A stretch of 64,000 nucleotides of DNA from Capsulimonadales bacterium (GCA_033762295.1 JANRLW010000006.1:32001-96000); one strand, 5' to 3'; shown: positions 38,562-49,749, counted from the stretch's first letter. Notes: generated by a model from the letters alone, not told the origin. Numbers and translations are program-made.

Positions 38562-39131
38562 ATGCAGCTGCGGAACGAAAACGAAGCCTACGCATGCGTA
38601 TTATGCGGACACCTACGGCAGATGGTGGAAAATCTGCGCCAGATGTCGCCGGAACACTGGGATTGGACGCCCCATATCGCCGCGCCGACCGCGCGCGTTC
38701 TGGCAGCCCACACCTACGAATGGCTGGTTTGCGATCGGCTGCACATCATCGAGCCGGAGGTGCGAAAACATCCGGACGTCCCCTCCCTCCCCGAGGATCC
38801 CCTGGCGGCCTGCGAAATGCTGTCCGAGGAGATCGACCGCTGGGAGACGATGTTGCTCAAATTTACCTGGGCCGACTTTAACTCGCCCCGCCGCCAGTTC
38901 GGTCACCGGGAGATGAACGTCCGTTCTTTCGTCGCTCATATGGTGCAGAACTGCATTTTCCGGAACGGTCAGTTGTCAACGCTGTATTTCTCTCTGGGGT
39001 ACGACGGAGACATGCCCTATACCGCGCCGTTCCCGAACGGAATCTACCGGGAGATGCGTGAGCAGTTGACGGCGGATGAGGCGAACGAACCGGAGAAGGC
39101 CAAATCACGACATGCGGTTAACCGAGGATAA
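38562..39131 (+). CDS. DinB/YfiT-like four-helix bundle protein
   Basis: WDWTP..APTARVLAAH, HMVQN..FRNGQL; helical pattern of DinB family. Confidence 0.6.
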   Translation: MQLRNENEAYACVLCGHLRQMVENLRQMSPEHWDWTPHIAAPTARVLAAHTYEWLVCDRLHIIEPEVRKHPDVPSLPEDPLAACEMLSEEIDRWETMLLKFTWADFNSPRRQFGHREMNVRSFVAHMVQNCIFRNGQLSTLYFSLGYDGDMPYTAPFPNGIYREMREQLTADEANEPEKAKSRHAVNRG

Positions 39132-39537
39132 TATCGCGGATTATGCGGACACGCTGGTACGGCGGGTTCGTGATGGCGGTATCGACCTGGACTACTCCGT
39201 TGCCTCCCTGACCACCCTCGAAAACCTGATCCGATCGTCCGATGACGCCTTCCGCTCTCCGGACCTGACCGATTTCCAGCGCGACATCTCCGTGTTTTAT
39301 CCGGGTTGTTACCTTGGCGAAGTGCTGGCCCGCAATCTGGGCGGGGTCTGGCGTTTCGAGGAGGACTGGCCGGAATCCTCGCTGGTTTTTTCCCGGCAGG
39401 ACGGAACCGGCGTTCAATGTTTCCCGTTTCGCAAAATGTTCCGCCGTGTGACCGAAGGCCCCGAAGAGAACGATCTGACCGCCTATTTTCGTGAACTCTC
39501 ACTCCGAATTGCCGGAGGAATACCGGATTTGCCCTGA
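39112..39537 (+). CDS. Hypothetical protein
   Basis: LDYSVASL...GCYLGEVL...GGVW...PF.K pattern; overlaps upstream stop. Confidence 0.6.
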   Translation: MRLTEDNIADYADTLVRRVRDGGIDLDYSVASLTTLENLIRSSDDAFRSPDLTDFQRDISVFYPGCYLGEVLARNLGGVWRFEEDWPESSLVFSRQDGTGVQCFPFRKMFRRVTEGPEENDLTAYFRELSLRIAGGIPDLP

Positions 39538-39632
39538 GGCCCGCGGTCGGCAGGACTTTGCCGAACGCCCGGCGAACCAAGGATCGATCGCTACGATTGA
39601 ATTGACCATCGTATTGAAACACCCGCATTCGT

Positions 39633-42377
39633 ATGACCTTCCCAACCCCTCCCTTGCGGTTTTTCGTGTCGCCGATCGGCGCGCTCCTTCTACTGCTTTC
39701 GCTATTCGCCGCGACACGCTCCGCTGCCGAACCGCCGGAAAAGCCCGGTTTGCGTTCGCAGTTCGTCTTCCTGAATCGTCCGCCCTACCGTCCCGGCATC
39801 CCGGACCCGAAATCCCTCCTCGGGTACGAGCCGGGAGACCGGCATTCGACCTTCCGTGACCAGGAACGGGTCCTGCTGGCAATCGCCGAGGCGGCGCGTG
39901 ACCGGGTGAAAGTCACGGAATACGGAAGCTCGGTCGAAGGGCGACCGCTCCGGCTTTTCATAATCGCCTCACCGGAAAACCAGGCGCGTCTGGAGACGAT
40001 CCGGGAGGATAACCTTCGTCTCGCCGACCCACGCCGTCTCCCGGCAAACCGGGCGGACGCCATGACCGCCAACGCGCCGCTGATCTTCTGGATCAACCAG
40101 TGCATTCATGGGGATGAGACGGCATCGTTCGAAACCGCGATGTGGACGCTTTTTACTCTGGCCGCCTCCGACTCCGCCGAGGTCAACGCGATCCTTCGAA
40201 ATACGGTCGTCATTCTCAATCCGGTGTTCAATCCGGACGGCCATGAGCGGTTCGTCGTCTGGTATAACTCCGTCGCCCTCGGAAACCCGGAGCCGTTCGC
40301 CCATGAGAAAAGCGTCCCCTGGGCGCTGCGGGGACGGTTCAATCACTTCCGATTCGACATGAACCGGGACAAACTCGCCCAGAGCCAGGCGGAAACCAGA
40401 CAGGAGACCGCCGCCCAGCTCTCCTGGTATCCCCACGTTTACATCGATCAGCACGGACAGCCGTCGGTATATTTCTTCCCGCCCAACGCGCCGGCGACGA
40501 ATCTCAATGTCGATCGCGAACGGGTCGATCGGTGGACCGGTGTCTTCGGTAAAGCGAACGCCGCGTCCTTCGACCGGTACGGATGGAACTATGTCGTCCG
40601 GGAGACCTTTGATTTCTTTGCGCCGATCTATCTGGACTCTTTTGCGACGCTTTCCGGGGCGATCGGCATGACCTATGAGACCGATGGGGGTGGCAACCTC
40701 GCTCGCCGTCGCAGCGACGGAACAATCTCGACCCTGCGGGATGCGGTCGCCCGGCACTTCGAGACCGCCCTGACGACTCTCGCCACGGCATCGGAACGTC
40801 GGCAGGAGCTTCTCAGCGATTTCGTCTCCTATCGGCGAAAAGCGATCCGGGATGGCGCACGGGATCGATTTCGCCGGGTGGTGTTTCCCGCGACGAACGA
40901 CCCCGGACGGTTGGCGGAACTGGCGACCCTGCTGCGCCGGGTCGGTATCGAAGTGATGGAGACGACCGCGCCGCTCTCCCAGAACCAAGCGCACCCGTAC
41001 CTCGCGTCCGATAAAAAGGCAAAGAAACTGACCTTGCCGACCGGTTCCCTCGTCGTCGATCTGAGCCAGCCGCAGGGACTGGTCGCCCGTGCGTTTCTGG
41101 AACCGGACCCTGCCTTCGAACCGGAGTTTCTGGTCGCACAGTATGCCCGACGCGAACGGAACGAACGAAAAAACGACAATGAAGGTCGGGAAGGCTACGA
41201 CTTCTATGACATCACCGCCTGGAGCCTGCCGCTGACGTTCGGGTTGGAGGCGTACTGGACGGAGGATGCGCCGACCCTCGTGGGACGTCCTCTGGAACTC
41301 CAGGGGGATCGTGTTGCGCCTCTGGCGCAGGAAACCGGGGGGATTGTGGGAACCGGAACGGTGGGTTTCGTCATTCGCCCCGACCGCGACCACTCGTTCG
41401 TCCTTGCGCTGCGACTCCTCGGCGAGGGTTATCGGGTTTCATCCACCCAGCGCCCCCTGCGAATCGGTGCGGTCGAGTATCCGGCAGGCACCTTCTTTCT
41501 CCGTTCGAGTCGCAATCCGGAAGGATTGGCGGACCGGATACGGGCACTTTCGGCCAGCCTACGGGTCCCGGTCGAAGCGATCGGGCAGACCTACCCCGAA
41601 AAGGGCGGCGGTCTCGGGTCGGATACCGTCTTCCCTCTCCGACGTCCCCGGATCGCCGTCGCGACCGACGAGGGCGTCAATCAGACGGGCTACGGTTCCG
41701 TCTGGTATTTCCTCGATAAGTTCGGAATTCCGTTCACGGCCGTGAAAGCCTCCGCTCTGAGCAGTCTCGATCTGAACCGCTTCAATGTCATCGTTCTTCC
41801 CGACGGTTACTATGCTTCCGTGCTCGGAAAAGGCGGTATGTCGCGACTGAAGGATTTTGTCAGCCGGGGAGGCGTCCTCCTAGGGTTCGGCGGCGGCGGG
41901 GTCTGGTTCACCGACAAGGAGGCGGAGATTTCCTCCTCTCGACCGATCGGGGACGCCGAGGAGGAACCGAAAGAGGAGGGAGAATCGGACAAAAAGCCGA
42001 AAAGGCCGCTGGAACTCGCCGGAAGTATTTTCCGCGCCGGGATCGATACCCGGCACTTCCTTGGCTGGGGGTATCCGACGGGGGAAATCGCCGTGCCCCT
42101 TGCCGGAAGCACCTTCTTGAAACCGAGCAAAACCGGGACGAACGTCGTCACTTTCGGTAAATCGGCGCGTCTTTCCGGGTTCGCCTGGCCGAACAACACG
42201 GAAACACTGCTGGAGCGGTCGGCCTATGTGATCGACGAACCGATCGGGAACGGTCACGCTCTGTTATTTCTCGACGACCCGACCCAAAGGGCGCTCTGGC
42301 CGGGTTTGAACCGCCTGGTTCTGGCCGGCATTCTTTTCGGCAATGCGGACGGCCCGGCGGACCCTCTTCAGGAGTAA
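39633..42377 (+). CDS. Secreted M14 zinc carboxypeptidase-like protein
   Basis: Signal peptide; IHGDE, NPDGHER, DMNRD, DQHG. Confidence 0.88.
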   Translation: MTFPTPPLRFFVSPIGALLLLLSLFAATRSAAEPPEKPGLRSQFVFLNRPPYRPGIPDPKSLLGYEPGDRHSTFRDQERVLLAIAEAARDRVKVTEYGSSVEGRPLRLFIIASPENQARLETIREDNLRLADPRRLPANRADAMTANAPLIFWINQCIHGDETASFETAMWTLFTLAASDSAEVNAILRNTVVILNPVFNPDGHERFVVWYNSVALGNPEPFAHEKSVPWALRGRFNHFRFDMNRDKLAQSQAETRQETAAQLSWYPHVYIDQHGQPSVYFFPPNAPATNLNVDRERVDRWTGVFGKANAASFDRYGWNYVVRETFDFFAPIYLDSFATLSGAIGMTYETDGGGNLARRRSDGTISTLRDAVARHFETALTTLATASERRQELLSDFVSYRRKAIRDGARDRFRRVVFPATNDPGRLAELATLLRRVGIEVMETTAPLSQNQAHPYLASDKKAKKLTLPTGSLVVDLSQPQGLVARAFLEPDPAFEPEFLVAQYARRERNERKNDNEGREGYDFYDITAWSLPLTFGLEAYWTEDAPTLVGRPLELQGDRVAPLAQETGGIVGTGTVGFVIRPDRDHSFVLALRLLGEGYRVSSTQRPLRIGAVEYPAGTFFLRSSRNPEGLADRIRALSASLRVPVEAIGQTYPEKGGGLGSDTVFPLRRPRIAVATDEGVNQTGYGSVWYFLDKFGIPFTAVKASALSSLDLNRFNVIVLPDGYYASVLGKGGMSRLKDFVSRGGVLLGFGGGGVWFTDKEAEISSSRPIGDAEEEPKEEGESDKKPKRPLELAGSIFRAGIDTRHFLGWGYPTGEIAVPLAGSTFLKPSKTGTNVVTFGKSARLSGFAWPNNTETLLERSAYVIDEPIGNGHALLFLDDPTQRALWPGLNRLVLAGILFGNADGPADPLQE

Positions 42378-42381
42378 GACC

Positions 42382-43164
42382 ATGATCGCGATTATCGGCG
42401 GGACCGGCGTCAACGATTTCCCGCTGGAGGGAGAACCGGAGCCGTTGACGGTCGTCACTCGCTGGGGCGAGACGCGGCTCCGGCGCGGGATCGTCCGGGG
42501 ACGAACGGTTTTCTTTCTGGCCCGTCACGGTGCCGGACACCGGGTGCCGCCTCATGCCATCCCCTATCGGGCCAATATCGCCGCCCTAGTCAAACTGGGG
42601 GTTCGTGCCGTCCTTGCGACCACGGCGGTGGGCGGCCTGAAACCGACGCTGATGCCGGGGACGCTCCTGCTCCCGGAGGACCTGATCGACTTCACCCGCG
42701 AACGGACCGGAAAGACGTTTTTCGACGGCAAGGACGGGGTCATCGTTCACGCCGATATGACCCGCCCCTATTCCGAGCCACTACGGGAACTCGTCCGGAC
42801 GGCGGCGGACACTCTCGGGACGCCGATCGTTCCGGAAGGCGTCTACCTCTGCAACGACGGTCCGCGGTACGAAACGGCGGCAGAGGTTCGGCTGTTCGGT
42901 CAGGTCTGGGGGGCCGATGTGGCCGGAATGACCGGCGTTCCGGAAACCTTCCTCGCCCGTGAGGCCGGCCTCCATTACGCGACCATTTCGGTCGTTACGA
43001 ACCCCGGCGCCGGCCTGCAGACTGGCCTGCTGACCCATGCCGAGGTCGAGACGGCCTTCCGAAACGCCCTTCCGCAGCTGGTCGCACTGATCGGGGAGAC
43101 CATCGGGCGCACCAGGACCGAACTCCTGCCGCCGATCGGCCCCGGAGTTCCGATTCCCTTATAG
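42382..43164 (+). CDS. MTAP-family purine nucleoside phosphorylase
   Basis: IIGGTG, ARHG, YRANI, GPRYETAAE, GMT. Confidence 0.9.
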   Translation: MIAIIGGTGVNDFPLEGEPEPLTVVTRWGETRLRRGIVRGRTVFFLARHGAGHRVPPHAIPYRANIAALVKLGVRAVLATTAVGGLKPTLMPGTLLLPEDLIDFTRERTGKTFFDGKDGVIVHADMTRPYSEPLRELVRTAADTLGTPIVPEGVYLCNDGPRYETAAEVRLFGQVWGADVAGMTGVPETFLAREAGLHYATISVVTNPGAGLQTGLLTHAEVETAFRNALPQLVALIGETIGRTRTELLPPIGPGVPIPL

Positions 43165-44082
43165 GCTCGCCTTCCATCCGTACGAAACGTAACGGTAGGT
43201 CAACTCGTTGCCGCGCACCGTGACCACGCCGAACCCTTCCGGATGAACGCCGAGCCGTGGCCCTTTCCACCACTCGCCACAGACCGCGCCCCCGGTAATA
43301 TACCGGGTGCCGAGGTAGGCACACTCCTCGACGACATGGGTATGTCCCTGAAGAACGGCTTTGACGTTTTTGCCACGGATCATTTCCTGTACGGCTTTGC
43401 CGTTTTTGACGATCGTTCCGGCGGTCATCGCCTGGGTGGTCCCGCCGGTGTACAGACCGTGGATGGTCATCAGCGGGATATGGGTCAGGAAGACCATCGG
43501 CTGGTCACCGCTTTTTCGGAGGAGGTCGTCCAGCCAGGTCAACTGCTCGGAATCAAGTTCTCCCCACCAGTTCCCGTCCCCGTCGATACGGACGGAATCC
43601 AGCATGACGAACCGCCATCCGTGTTTCTCGAAGGAGCCGAAACGTTCGGAGAGTCCAAGACGCTTCATCCACCACTTTTTGCCGAAATCCGGGTGGTTCT
43701 CCGGAAGTTTCTCCGGACCGCCCAGTGCGAACGCGTCATGGTTTCCGACCGAGTAATGGACCGGAATCCCCAGGGAGGCGGCGGCCTCCTGCCATAGATC
43801 ATAGATTCCTTCCGCCCGCTTCCGGTCTGTCACGTTGACATCCATGACGATATCGCCACCGACCAGGGCGAATTCCGGCTTCTCCGGAAGGACGCGAATG
43901 GCATCGAACGCTTTCCGCACCCCTTCCTTCGCCCGCAGTTCGGGCTGGATATGGGTGTCGGTTATATGAACGAACGAGAAGGATGACTGCGCTTCCGACC
44001 TTTGCGGGATCCACGCAGGCGCGACCAGAGTCGTCGCCATGCCCGCGATCAGGCGACGTCGGTCAAGTTTGGTTTGGGACAC
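43159..44082 (-). CDS. Tat-exported calcineurin-like metallophosphoesterase
   Basis: DRRRLI Tat motif; TDTH, GGD, GNHD, HIP, GHTH; GTG start with GGGAGG RBS. Confidence 0.88.
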   Translation of the reverse strand: MSQTKLDRRRLIAGMATTLVAPAWIPQRSEAQSSFSFVHITDTHIQPELRAKEGVRKAFDAIRVLPEKPEFALVGGDIVMDVNVTDRKRAEGIYDLWQEAAASLGIPVHYSVGNHDAFALGGPEKLPENHPDFGKKWWMKRLGLSERFGSFEKHGWRFVMLDSVRIDGDGNWWGELDSEQLTWLDDLLRKSGDQPMVFLTHIPLMTIHGLYTGGTTQAMTAGTIVKNGKAVQEMIRGKNVKAVLQGHTHVVEECAYLGTRYITGGAVCGEWWKGPRLGVHPEGFGVVTVRGNELTYRYVSYGWKASL

Positions 44083-44169
44083 GCGAAAACCTCCCGGTAC
44101 GGTGGGGACCATCCCTGCGGTTGCCCTCCACCGTACCGTATACCCGTATACCTGATTCGGTCGTCGGAA

Positions 44170-45102
44170 TTAGAGTCGGAAATCCGGGTCCTGTCCGTTA
44201 TTTCCGGTATCCGGCTGCCCGAGAATACTGTTGAAGCTGCACTGACCCTTTACTCGCTCGGGGCGGAACCATTTGGCATGGCCGTCGACGAAGCCATAGT
44301 TCGCTCCGCCGCTGTGGCGGGTGGAGGAGATCTGCGCTCGTTCGTTCTGTTGCTGCCGTGCCAGAAGGGTTTTGAAGAAGTTGGAGCGGTCGTTCTGGGT
44401 GGAAATCGCCGGGTTGTGCGTCTGGCAGGCGGCCGGGTCGGCATCGATGTTTTCGGGCCGGACGATCGAGTAGACGGACCCATGTCCCCGCTCGTTTCCG
44501 TTCGCGCCGCCGCCGGAGTTGGCCGCCGCCTCGACGATCAGGAGCGTGGTGGACGGGAACTGGACCGCCGCCAGGGTCGTGGTGGTCGTGCCGTTGTTGG
44601 CGAAGTTGTTATTTCGGGCGTACGAACTGCGCCACTCGCCCCCCTGCGTGAAGCCGTTCGCCGGATCGCCCCAGACATGACCGGCGATGGCCGGCTGGCC
44701 GTTCTGATCGAGCGTACCGGCGCGCAGCGGGACCGGTTGCAGCGGATCGGACGGGCATTTGAAGATTCCGTAGTTTTTCACGTACGGGTTGACCAGATCG
44801 ATCCACCCGCGCAGTGCCTGGCCGGTCCTGCAGGGCTGGACGCCCGGCATCAGGTTGGCCGGGTTGCTGCATTCCCGGTTGAACGGGACGGTTTCATCCC
44901 AGTCCTGCTGGTACATGATATGCCCGAGGGTGATCTGCTTGATATTGGAAAGACAGGTCGTCGAACGGGCCTTTTCGCGGGCCTGAGCGAAGACCGGGAA
45001 AAGAATCGCGGCCAGAATGGCAATAATCGCGATGACAACGAGCAATTCGATCAACGTGAAACCGGCTGTTGAGCCGGACGACATCGCACGTCTGGTAACC
45101 AT
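44170..45102 (-). CDS. Prepilin-type DUF1559/H-X9-DG protein (#3)
   Basis: [62 protein letters not shown]. Confidence 0.93.
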   Translation of the reverse strand: MVTRRAMSSGSTAGFTLIELLVVIAIIAILAAILFPVFAQAREKARSTTCLSNIKQITLGHIMYQQDWDETVPFNRECSNPANLMPGVQPCRTGQALRGWIDLVNPYVKNYGIFKCPSDPLQPVPLRAGTLDQNGQPAIAGHVWGDPANGFTQGGEWRSSYARNNNFANNGTTTTTLAAVQFPSTTLLIVEAAANSGGGANGNERGHGSVYSIVRPENIDADPAACQTHNPAISTQNDRSNFFKTLLARQQQNERAQISSTRHSGGANYGFVDGHAKWFRPERVKGQCSFNSILGQPDTGNNGQDPDFRL

Positions 45103-45210
45103 AGGAAGTCCTTTCAACAAAAAAGCTGCCAACTACGCGTGACGACTTCGTACGCTGACGATACCCCTACTTTCCCCTGTTCACCCCCGAATCCGGAAAC
45201 CGAACCGGAT

Positions 45211-46344
45211 CTATATACGGACCGCGCCCCCGTCCGGAACGCGTTCCGCGACATGGATTCGTGTCGCCGGTTCGGGTACCTCTCCGGCAAACAGCGTCTC
45301 CAGCATCTCCAGCATCGTGACGGCCAGTTCGGCCGGCGACACCAAAAAGCGCACGATCTCACCGACCCACGGTAACAGCACGGAGGCGCCTTCGTTGGCA
45401 TGCGTGACCAAGTGCACCTGCTCACCGACCGTGATGCCGTTTCGCTGCAATCCGATCAACATCCCCTGTGAAAAGAGTTCGCTGGTCGAGACGATTCCGT
45501 CCGGGGCGTTCCCTCCGTTTTTCGGCCCGAAGATCGTTTGCACGACCCGGTACCCTTGTTCCCAGAGGGGCAACGGGTACGGCCGGTCGTTTCCCTCCGA
45601 CCGACCGACCGCGGCCGCCGTATCGATCACCGTCACATCGACGCCGCGCAGACGAAACGCCGCGATCCGATCGGGATCGAAAAACTCCTGAACGCGGTCG
45701 AAAGATTCGAGCGGCGTGACGATCGCGATCCGGCGGCATCCGCGGTCCGCCAGATAATCCAATCCTTCGCGTACGATCCGCGGATAGTCCACGACGACAC
45801 GAAACGGCATTTCGCCCGCGAATCCGACCGCCGGCACTCCGGCGTCCCGCAGCCAGTCGCCGGCTTCGCGGCCCAGGCCCAGCCCCACGACTCCCTGCAC
45901 CCGGCGTTCCTCCACCAGACGCTTCAAATCCTCCTGCAAACCGAACTCCGCGCCGTCGGCGGTGCCGAAATGCATCGAAAAACCGTATTGCCGTTCCGTC
46001 ACGACGCGCCGAAGGTGATCGATCAGGATCTGCCAGAACGGCGAGATCTCCGGTCCTTCGAAGAAACGCGGACGACAGACCACCGCAATGTTCCGTTGTC
46101 CCAGATTCGAGCAGACAAAAATGCCAACGCCATGTCGACGATATACAACGCGATGCGTCTCCAGAAGTTCCAGCGCACGATTCAGTGTGGCAACGCTCAC
46201 CCCCAGGTCGCCCCGCAACTCGGCAAAGGTTGGCAACTGCCCGTTCGGTCCCAGATTATGAGCCATCCGAAAAAGTCGGCGGTACGTCTCCTGGGTCCGG
46301 GTCACAGGCGTTTCAAACTCGGAAATAAATCGCTCCGACACCAT
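45211..46344 (-). CDS. GntR-family regulator with LacI-type ligand-binding domain (AraR-like)
   Basis: LPTFAELRGDLGVSVATLNRAL...RRHGVGIFV wHTH plus periplasmic-binding-protein-like C-terminus. Confidence 0.85.
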   Translation of the reverse strand: MVSERFISEFETPVTRTQETYRRLFRMAHNLGPNGQLPTFAELRGDLGVSVATLNRALELLETHRVVYRRHGVGIFVCSNLGQRNIAVVCRPRFFEGPEISPFWQILIDHLRRVVTERQYGFSMHFGTADGAEFGLQEDLKRLVEERRVQGVVGLGLGREAGDWLRDAGVPAVGFAGEMPFRVVVDYPRIVREGLDYLADRGCRRIAIVTPLESFDRVQEFFDPDRIAAFRLRGVDVTVIDTAAAVGRSEGNDRPYPLPLWEQGYRVVQTIFGPKNGGNAPDGIVSTSELFSQGMLIGLQRNGITVGEQVHLVTHANEGASVLLPWVGEIVRFLVSPAELAVTMLEMLETLFAGEVPEPATRIHVAERVPDGGAVRI

Positions 46345-46361
46345 CGTCCCCTGATCTCAAA

Positions 46362-46408
46362 GTGTATCGGTACACCGATAGTATAACCGGACCTTTATCG
46401 GACGTCAA
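46362..46408 (-). promoter_or_regulatory. Promoter TTGACG-N17-TATACT with adjacent palindromic operator
   Basis: -35 at 46403-46408, -10 at 46380-46385; overlapping palindromes GTGTA-tcgg-TACAC and TATCGGT-ac-ACCGATA at 46362-46380. Confidence 0.6.
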
Positions 46409-46501
46409 GAGTTGCCCCTCAGGAGATCGTAGAAAATTACGGGAATTGAGTACAATCTCTTCGGGCGGATCCTTCCGCTTCTTTTTACCAGGGAGACAAT
46501 A

Positions 46502-46858
46502 ATGCCTTACACGATCCAGGGAAATGATGTTTCCATCAGCACCGAGCCGATCCTGCACGAGAATAAGCACTTCATTCCGCTGCGCGAAATCGTTGAAGCG
46601 CTCGGAGGCAGTGTTTCGTTTGACAACGAGACCAAAGTCGCGACGGCCGTGATCGGACCGTGGTCCGCCGCCGTGGACCCGGAAAATACGACCGTCAACG
46701 TGACGGGGAACGGTAAGAATGTGGATGTTGCTCTGACCGCGCCGCCGGTCCTGCACGAGGGAACGCTGTACGTTCCGTTCGATTTCCTGCGCGACGCTTA
46801 CGGCTATAATGTCAGCTTCGACAACGGAACGGTAAATATCGTCAATCCCAACGCCTGA
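46502..46858 (+). CDS. Copper amine oxidase N-terminal-like domain protein
   Basis: FIPLREIVEALGGSVSFD...APPVLHEGTLYVPFDF. Confidence 0.8.
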   Translation: MPYTIQGNDVSISTEPILHENKHFIPLREIVEALGGSVSFDNETKVATAVIGPWSAAVDPENTTVNVTGNGKNVDVALTAPPVLHEGTLYVPFDFLRDAYGYNVSFDNGTVNIVNPNA

Positions 46859-46875
46859 CGAAAATTCGCCGAACG

Positions 46876-46908
46876 GGCAGGACCTTTTCGAACGGTCCTG
46901 CCTTCTTT
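46876..46908 (+). terminator. Rho-independent terminator
   Basis: ggcaggacc...ggtcctgcc followed by ttcttt. Confidence 0.55.
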
Positions 46909-47017
46909 GCCTATCCTTTCACTCGACGGGAACTTTTCGTGCGTGGATATCGGTTTGGGGAGTGGTATCGTTCGTCCATCCGAAACCCGGACGATCCGTT
47001 GAAAGGATAGTTTTTCG

Positions 47018-47575
47018 ATGAACCGCGCCCTTCTTCTGACCTCGCTCGCCGCCCTGGTGACCGGCGCCGCCGTCGTGGCCGCCCCGCTTTCTTCCGGACT
47101 GAAGCCCGGCGAGAGCGTCACGCCGTTCCATCCGAAACACCTGGCCGGACCGCTTGCCGGAACCTCCAAGTGCTTCCCGTGCACCTTCCAAAACCGACCG
47201 CAGGTGCAGGTATGGGTCAATGGTGACGACGCCAAAAACGTGACCGCGCTTGCCGGTACGCTGAGCAAGGCGATGAAAACCTATAACGGAACGGAATTCA
47301 AGGGTCTGGTGGTATTTGTGACCACCCCGCAGACCGCCGCGAAAACCGAAGCGTTCGTCCGAACGGCGGCCCGCAATCCGGCCCTCTCCGGGGTCGGCAT
47401 GGCCGTGATCGATTCGCGCGATTCCGCGATCGAGGCGTACAATATCAACACCGCGAAGGACGTGCGAAACACGGTCATCGCCTATCGGGATTGGAAGGTC
47501 GCCGATTCCTTCGTCAACCTGACCGCCGCCGATACCGCCCGACTGGAAAAGGCGATCGCCGGGATCACGAAGTAA
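47018..47575 (+). CDS. Secreted protein with CxxC (thioredoxin-like fold?)
   Basis: Signal peptide, SGLKPGESVTPF, CFPC. Confidence 0.6.
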   Translation: MNRALLLTSLAALVTGAAVVAAPLSSGLKPGESVTPFHPKHLAGPLAGTSKCFPCTFQNRPQVQVWVNGDDAKNVTALAGTLSKAMKTYNGTEFKGLVVFVTTPQTAAKTEAFVRTAARNPALSGVGMAVIDSRDSAIEAYNINTAKDVRNTVIAYRDWKVADSFVNLTAADTARLEKAIAGITK

Positions 47576-47732
47576 TCTCCGGGAGCCTGAAAACGCCTCC
47601 TTCGTCAGGGGCCGAGCTGGTCACTCACCGGGTCGGCCCTTTTCCGTTCGGGTAGAATAGTTTTCCGGGAGAACGGAAACGAGCGGAGTGTTTTCCGGAC
47701 CCTTTTCGGGAGAAGACATTCGGGAGGTCTCC

Positions 47733-49742
47733 ATGAGCAAGCGAAGCGGAAAGTTCGAACTGATCAGCAAATACAAACCTTCCGGCGACCAACCGACCGC
47801 GATCGCCGGTCTGGTCGACGGACTGAGTCGGGGACTCAAGATACAGACGCTCCTCGGAGCCACCGGAACGGGAAAAACCTTTACCGCCTCGTGCGTGATC
47901 GAACGGGTACAACGGCCGACCCTGGTGATCGCCCATAACAAAACCCTGGCCGCCCAGCTTTGTTCCGAGTTTCGCGACTTCTTCCCGAATAACGCGGTCG
48001 AGTACTTCGTTTCCTACTACGATTATTACCAGCCGGAAGCGTACATCCCGCAAACCGACACCTACATCGAAAAGGACAGCAGCATCAACGAGGAGATTGA
48101 CCGTCTCCGTCACAGCGCCACGCAGGCGGTTCTGGAGCGGCGCGATGTCATCATCGTCGCTTCCGTCTCCTGTATTTATGGCCTCGGTTCGCCGGAGCAG
48201 TATAAGAATACGGTGGTCTGGTTTCACGTCGGGCAGGAGTATGACCGCGACGAGATCCTCCGCCGCCTCGTCCGCATGCAGTTCCAGCGCAACGATATCG
48301 CCCTGACGAGGGGCACTTTCCGGGTCAAAGGCGACACCCTGGAACTTCAGCCCAAGGACGAGGAGATTCTGTACCGGGTCGAATTCGATTTCGATACGGT
48401 CAGTCGGATTTCGGTCCTCGACCCGCTGACCGGGGAACTGATGGAAACGCGGGACGCGCTTTCGGTTTTTCCCGCCACGCACTTCGTCACCGATTACGAC
48501 CGCCAGGAGGAGATTCTCGCCAGCATCGAGGACGAGATGATCCGGCAGGTGAAGCAGTTCGAGAGCGAGGGGAAACTGCTGGAAGCGCAGCGGATCAAAC
48601 AGCGAACGACGTTCGATCTCGAAATGATCCGTGAGATGGGGTACTGTTCCGGGATCGAGAACTACTCCCGGTGGATGGACGGACGCGCTCCCGGAACGCC
48701 GCCCCATACCCTTTTCGACTATTTCCCTGACGATATGCTGCTGATCGTCGATGAATCGCACCAGACGATTCCGCAGCTGCACGCGATGTACGCGGGTGAC
48801 AAACGGCGCAAGGATACGCTGATCGAGTTCGGCTTCCGACTGCCGTCGGCGCGGGATAACCGGCCTCTCCGCTTCGAGGAGTGGGAACGCAATCTGAAAC
48901 AGGTGATCTTTGTTTCGGCGACGCCCGGTCCCTACGAGCGACAGAACGCCGAGCGGACCGTCGAACAGATCATTCGTCCTACCGGCCTGATCGATCCGGA
49001 GATCCTGATCCGCAAAACTAAAGGGCAGATCGACGACCTCGTTTCCGAAATTCGCAAGCGAACGGAAAAAGGCGAGCGGGTTCTGGTGACCACGCTGACG
49101 AAAAAAATGGCCGAGGACCTGACCGAGTATCTGGTCGAGATCGGCTCGAAAGTCCAGTACCTGCACTCCGATATTCACACGCTAGAGCGGACGGAGATTC
49201 TCCGGGACCTGCGTCTGGGAATCTACGATGTCGTGGTCGGCATCAACCTGTTGCGCGAAGGTCTCGACCTTCCCGAAGTCTCTCTGGTCGCCATTCTGGA
49301 CGCGGACAAGGAGGGCTTCCTCCGGTCGGAAACGTCGCTTATCCAGACGATCGGCCGCGCGGCCCGAAACGTCGGCGGTCAGGTCGTCATGTACGCGGAC
49401 AACATCACGGGGTCGATGCAGCGGGCGATCGACGAAACGAACCGGCGTCGGGAGAAACAGGTCGCCTACAACCGGGAGCACGGCATCACCCCCCAGACCG
49501 TCATCAAGGCGGTGCGCGACGTCCTCGAGGCCAAAAAGGTGGCCGAGACCAAATCGTACTACAAGATATCGGCCAACAAGGCGGCGGAAACCCTGCCGCT
49601 GGATCAACTGCTGCTGGCGGTCGCCGATATGGAGAAAGAGATGAAACAGGCGGCACGCAATCTCGACTTCGAGCAGGCCGCCGTTCTGCGGGACGAGATC
49701 GCCCGACTGAAGAAACTGCTGCCGGCCGGCGCGAAACGTTAG
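47733..49742 (+). CDS. uvrB: Excinuclease ABC subunit B
   Basis: [38 protein letters not shown]-terminal UVR domain. Confidence 0.97.
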   Translation: MSKRSGKFELISKYKPSGDQPTAIAGLVDGLSRGLKIQTLLGATGTGKTFTASCVIERVQRPTLVIAHNKTLAAQLCSEFRDFFPNNAVEYFVSYYDYYQPEAYIPQTDTYIEKDSSINEEIDRLRHSATQAVLERRDVIIVASVSCIYGLGSPEQYKNTVVWFHVGQEYDRDEILRRLVRMQFQRNDIALTRGTFRVKGDTLELQPKDEEILYRVEFDFDTVSRISVLDPLTGELMETRDALSVFPATHFVTDYDRQEEILASIEDEMIRQVKQFESEGKLLEAQRIKQRTTFDLEMIREMGYCSGIENYSRWMDGRAPGTPPHTLFDYFPDDMLLIVDESHQTIPQLHAMYAGDKRRKDTLIEFGFRLPSARDNRPLRFEEWERNLKQVIFVSATPGPYERQNAERTVEQIIRPTGLIDPEILIRKTKGQIDDLVSEIRKRTEKGERVLVTTLTKKMAEDLTEYLVEIGSKVQYLHSDIHTLERTEILRDLRLGIYDVVVGINLLREGLDLPEVSLVAILDADKEGFLRSETSLIQTIGRAARNVGGQVVMYADNITGSMQRAIDETNRRREKQVAYNREHGITPQTVIKAVRDVLEAKKVAETKSYYKISANKAAETLPLDQLLLAVADMEKEMKQAARNLDFEQAAVLRDEIARLKKLLPAGAKR

Positions 49743-49749
49743 CGAAACG

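Noticed and set aside
47620..47733. SOS box upstream of uvrB (and of SRAP at 25463)
   Set aside because: No convincing AAAC-N4-GTTT or GAAC-N4-GTTC match found by eye.
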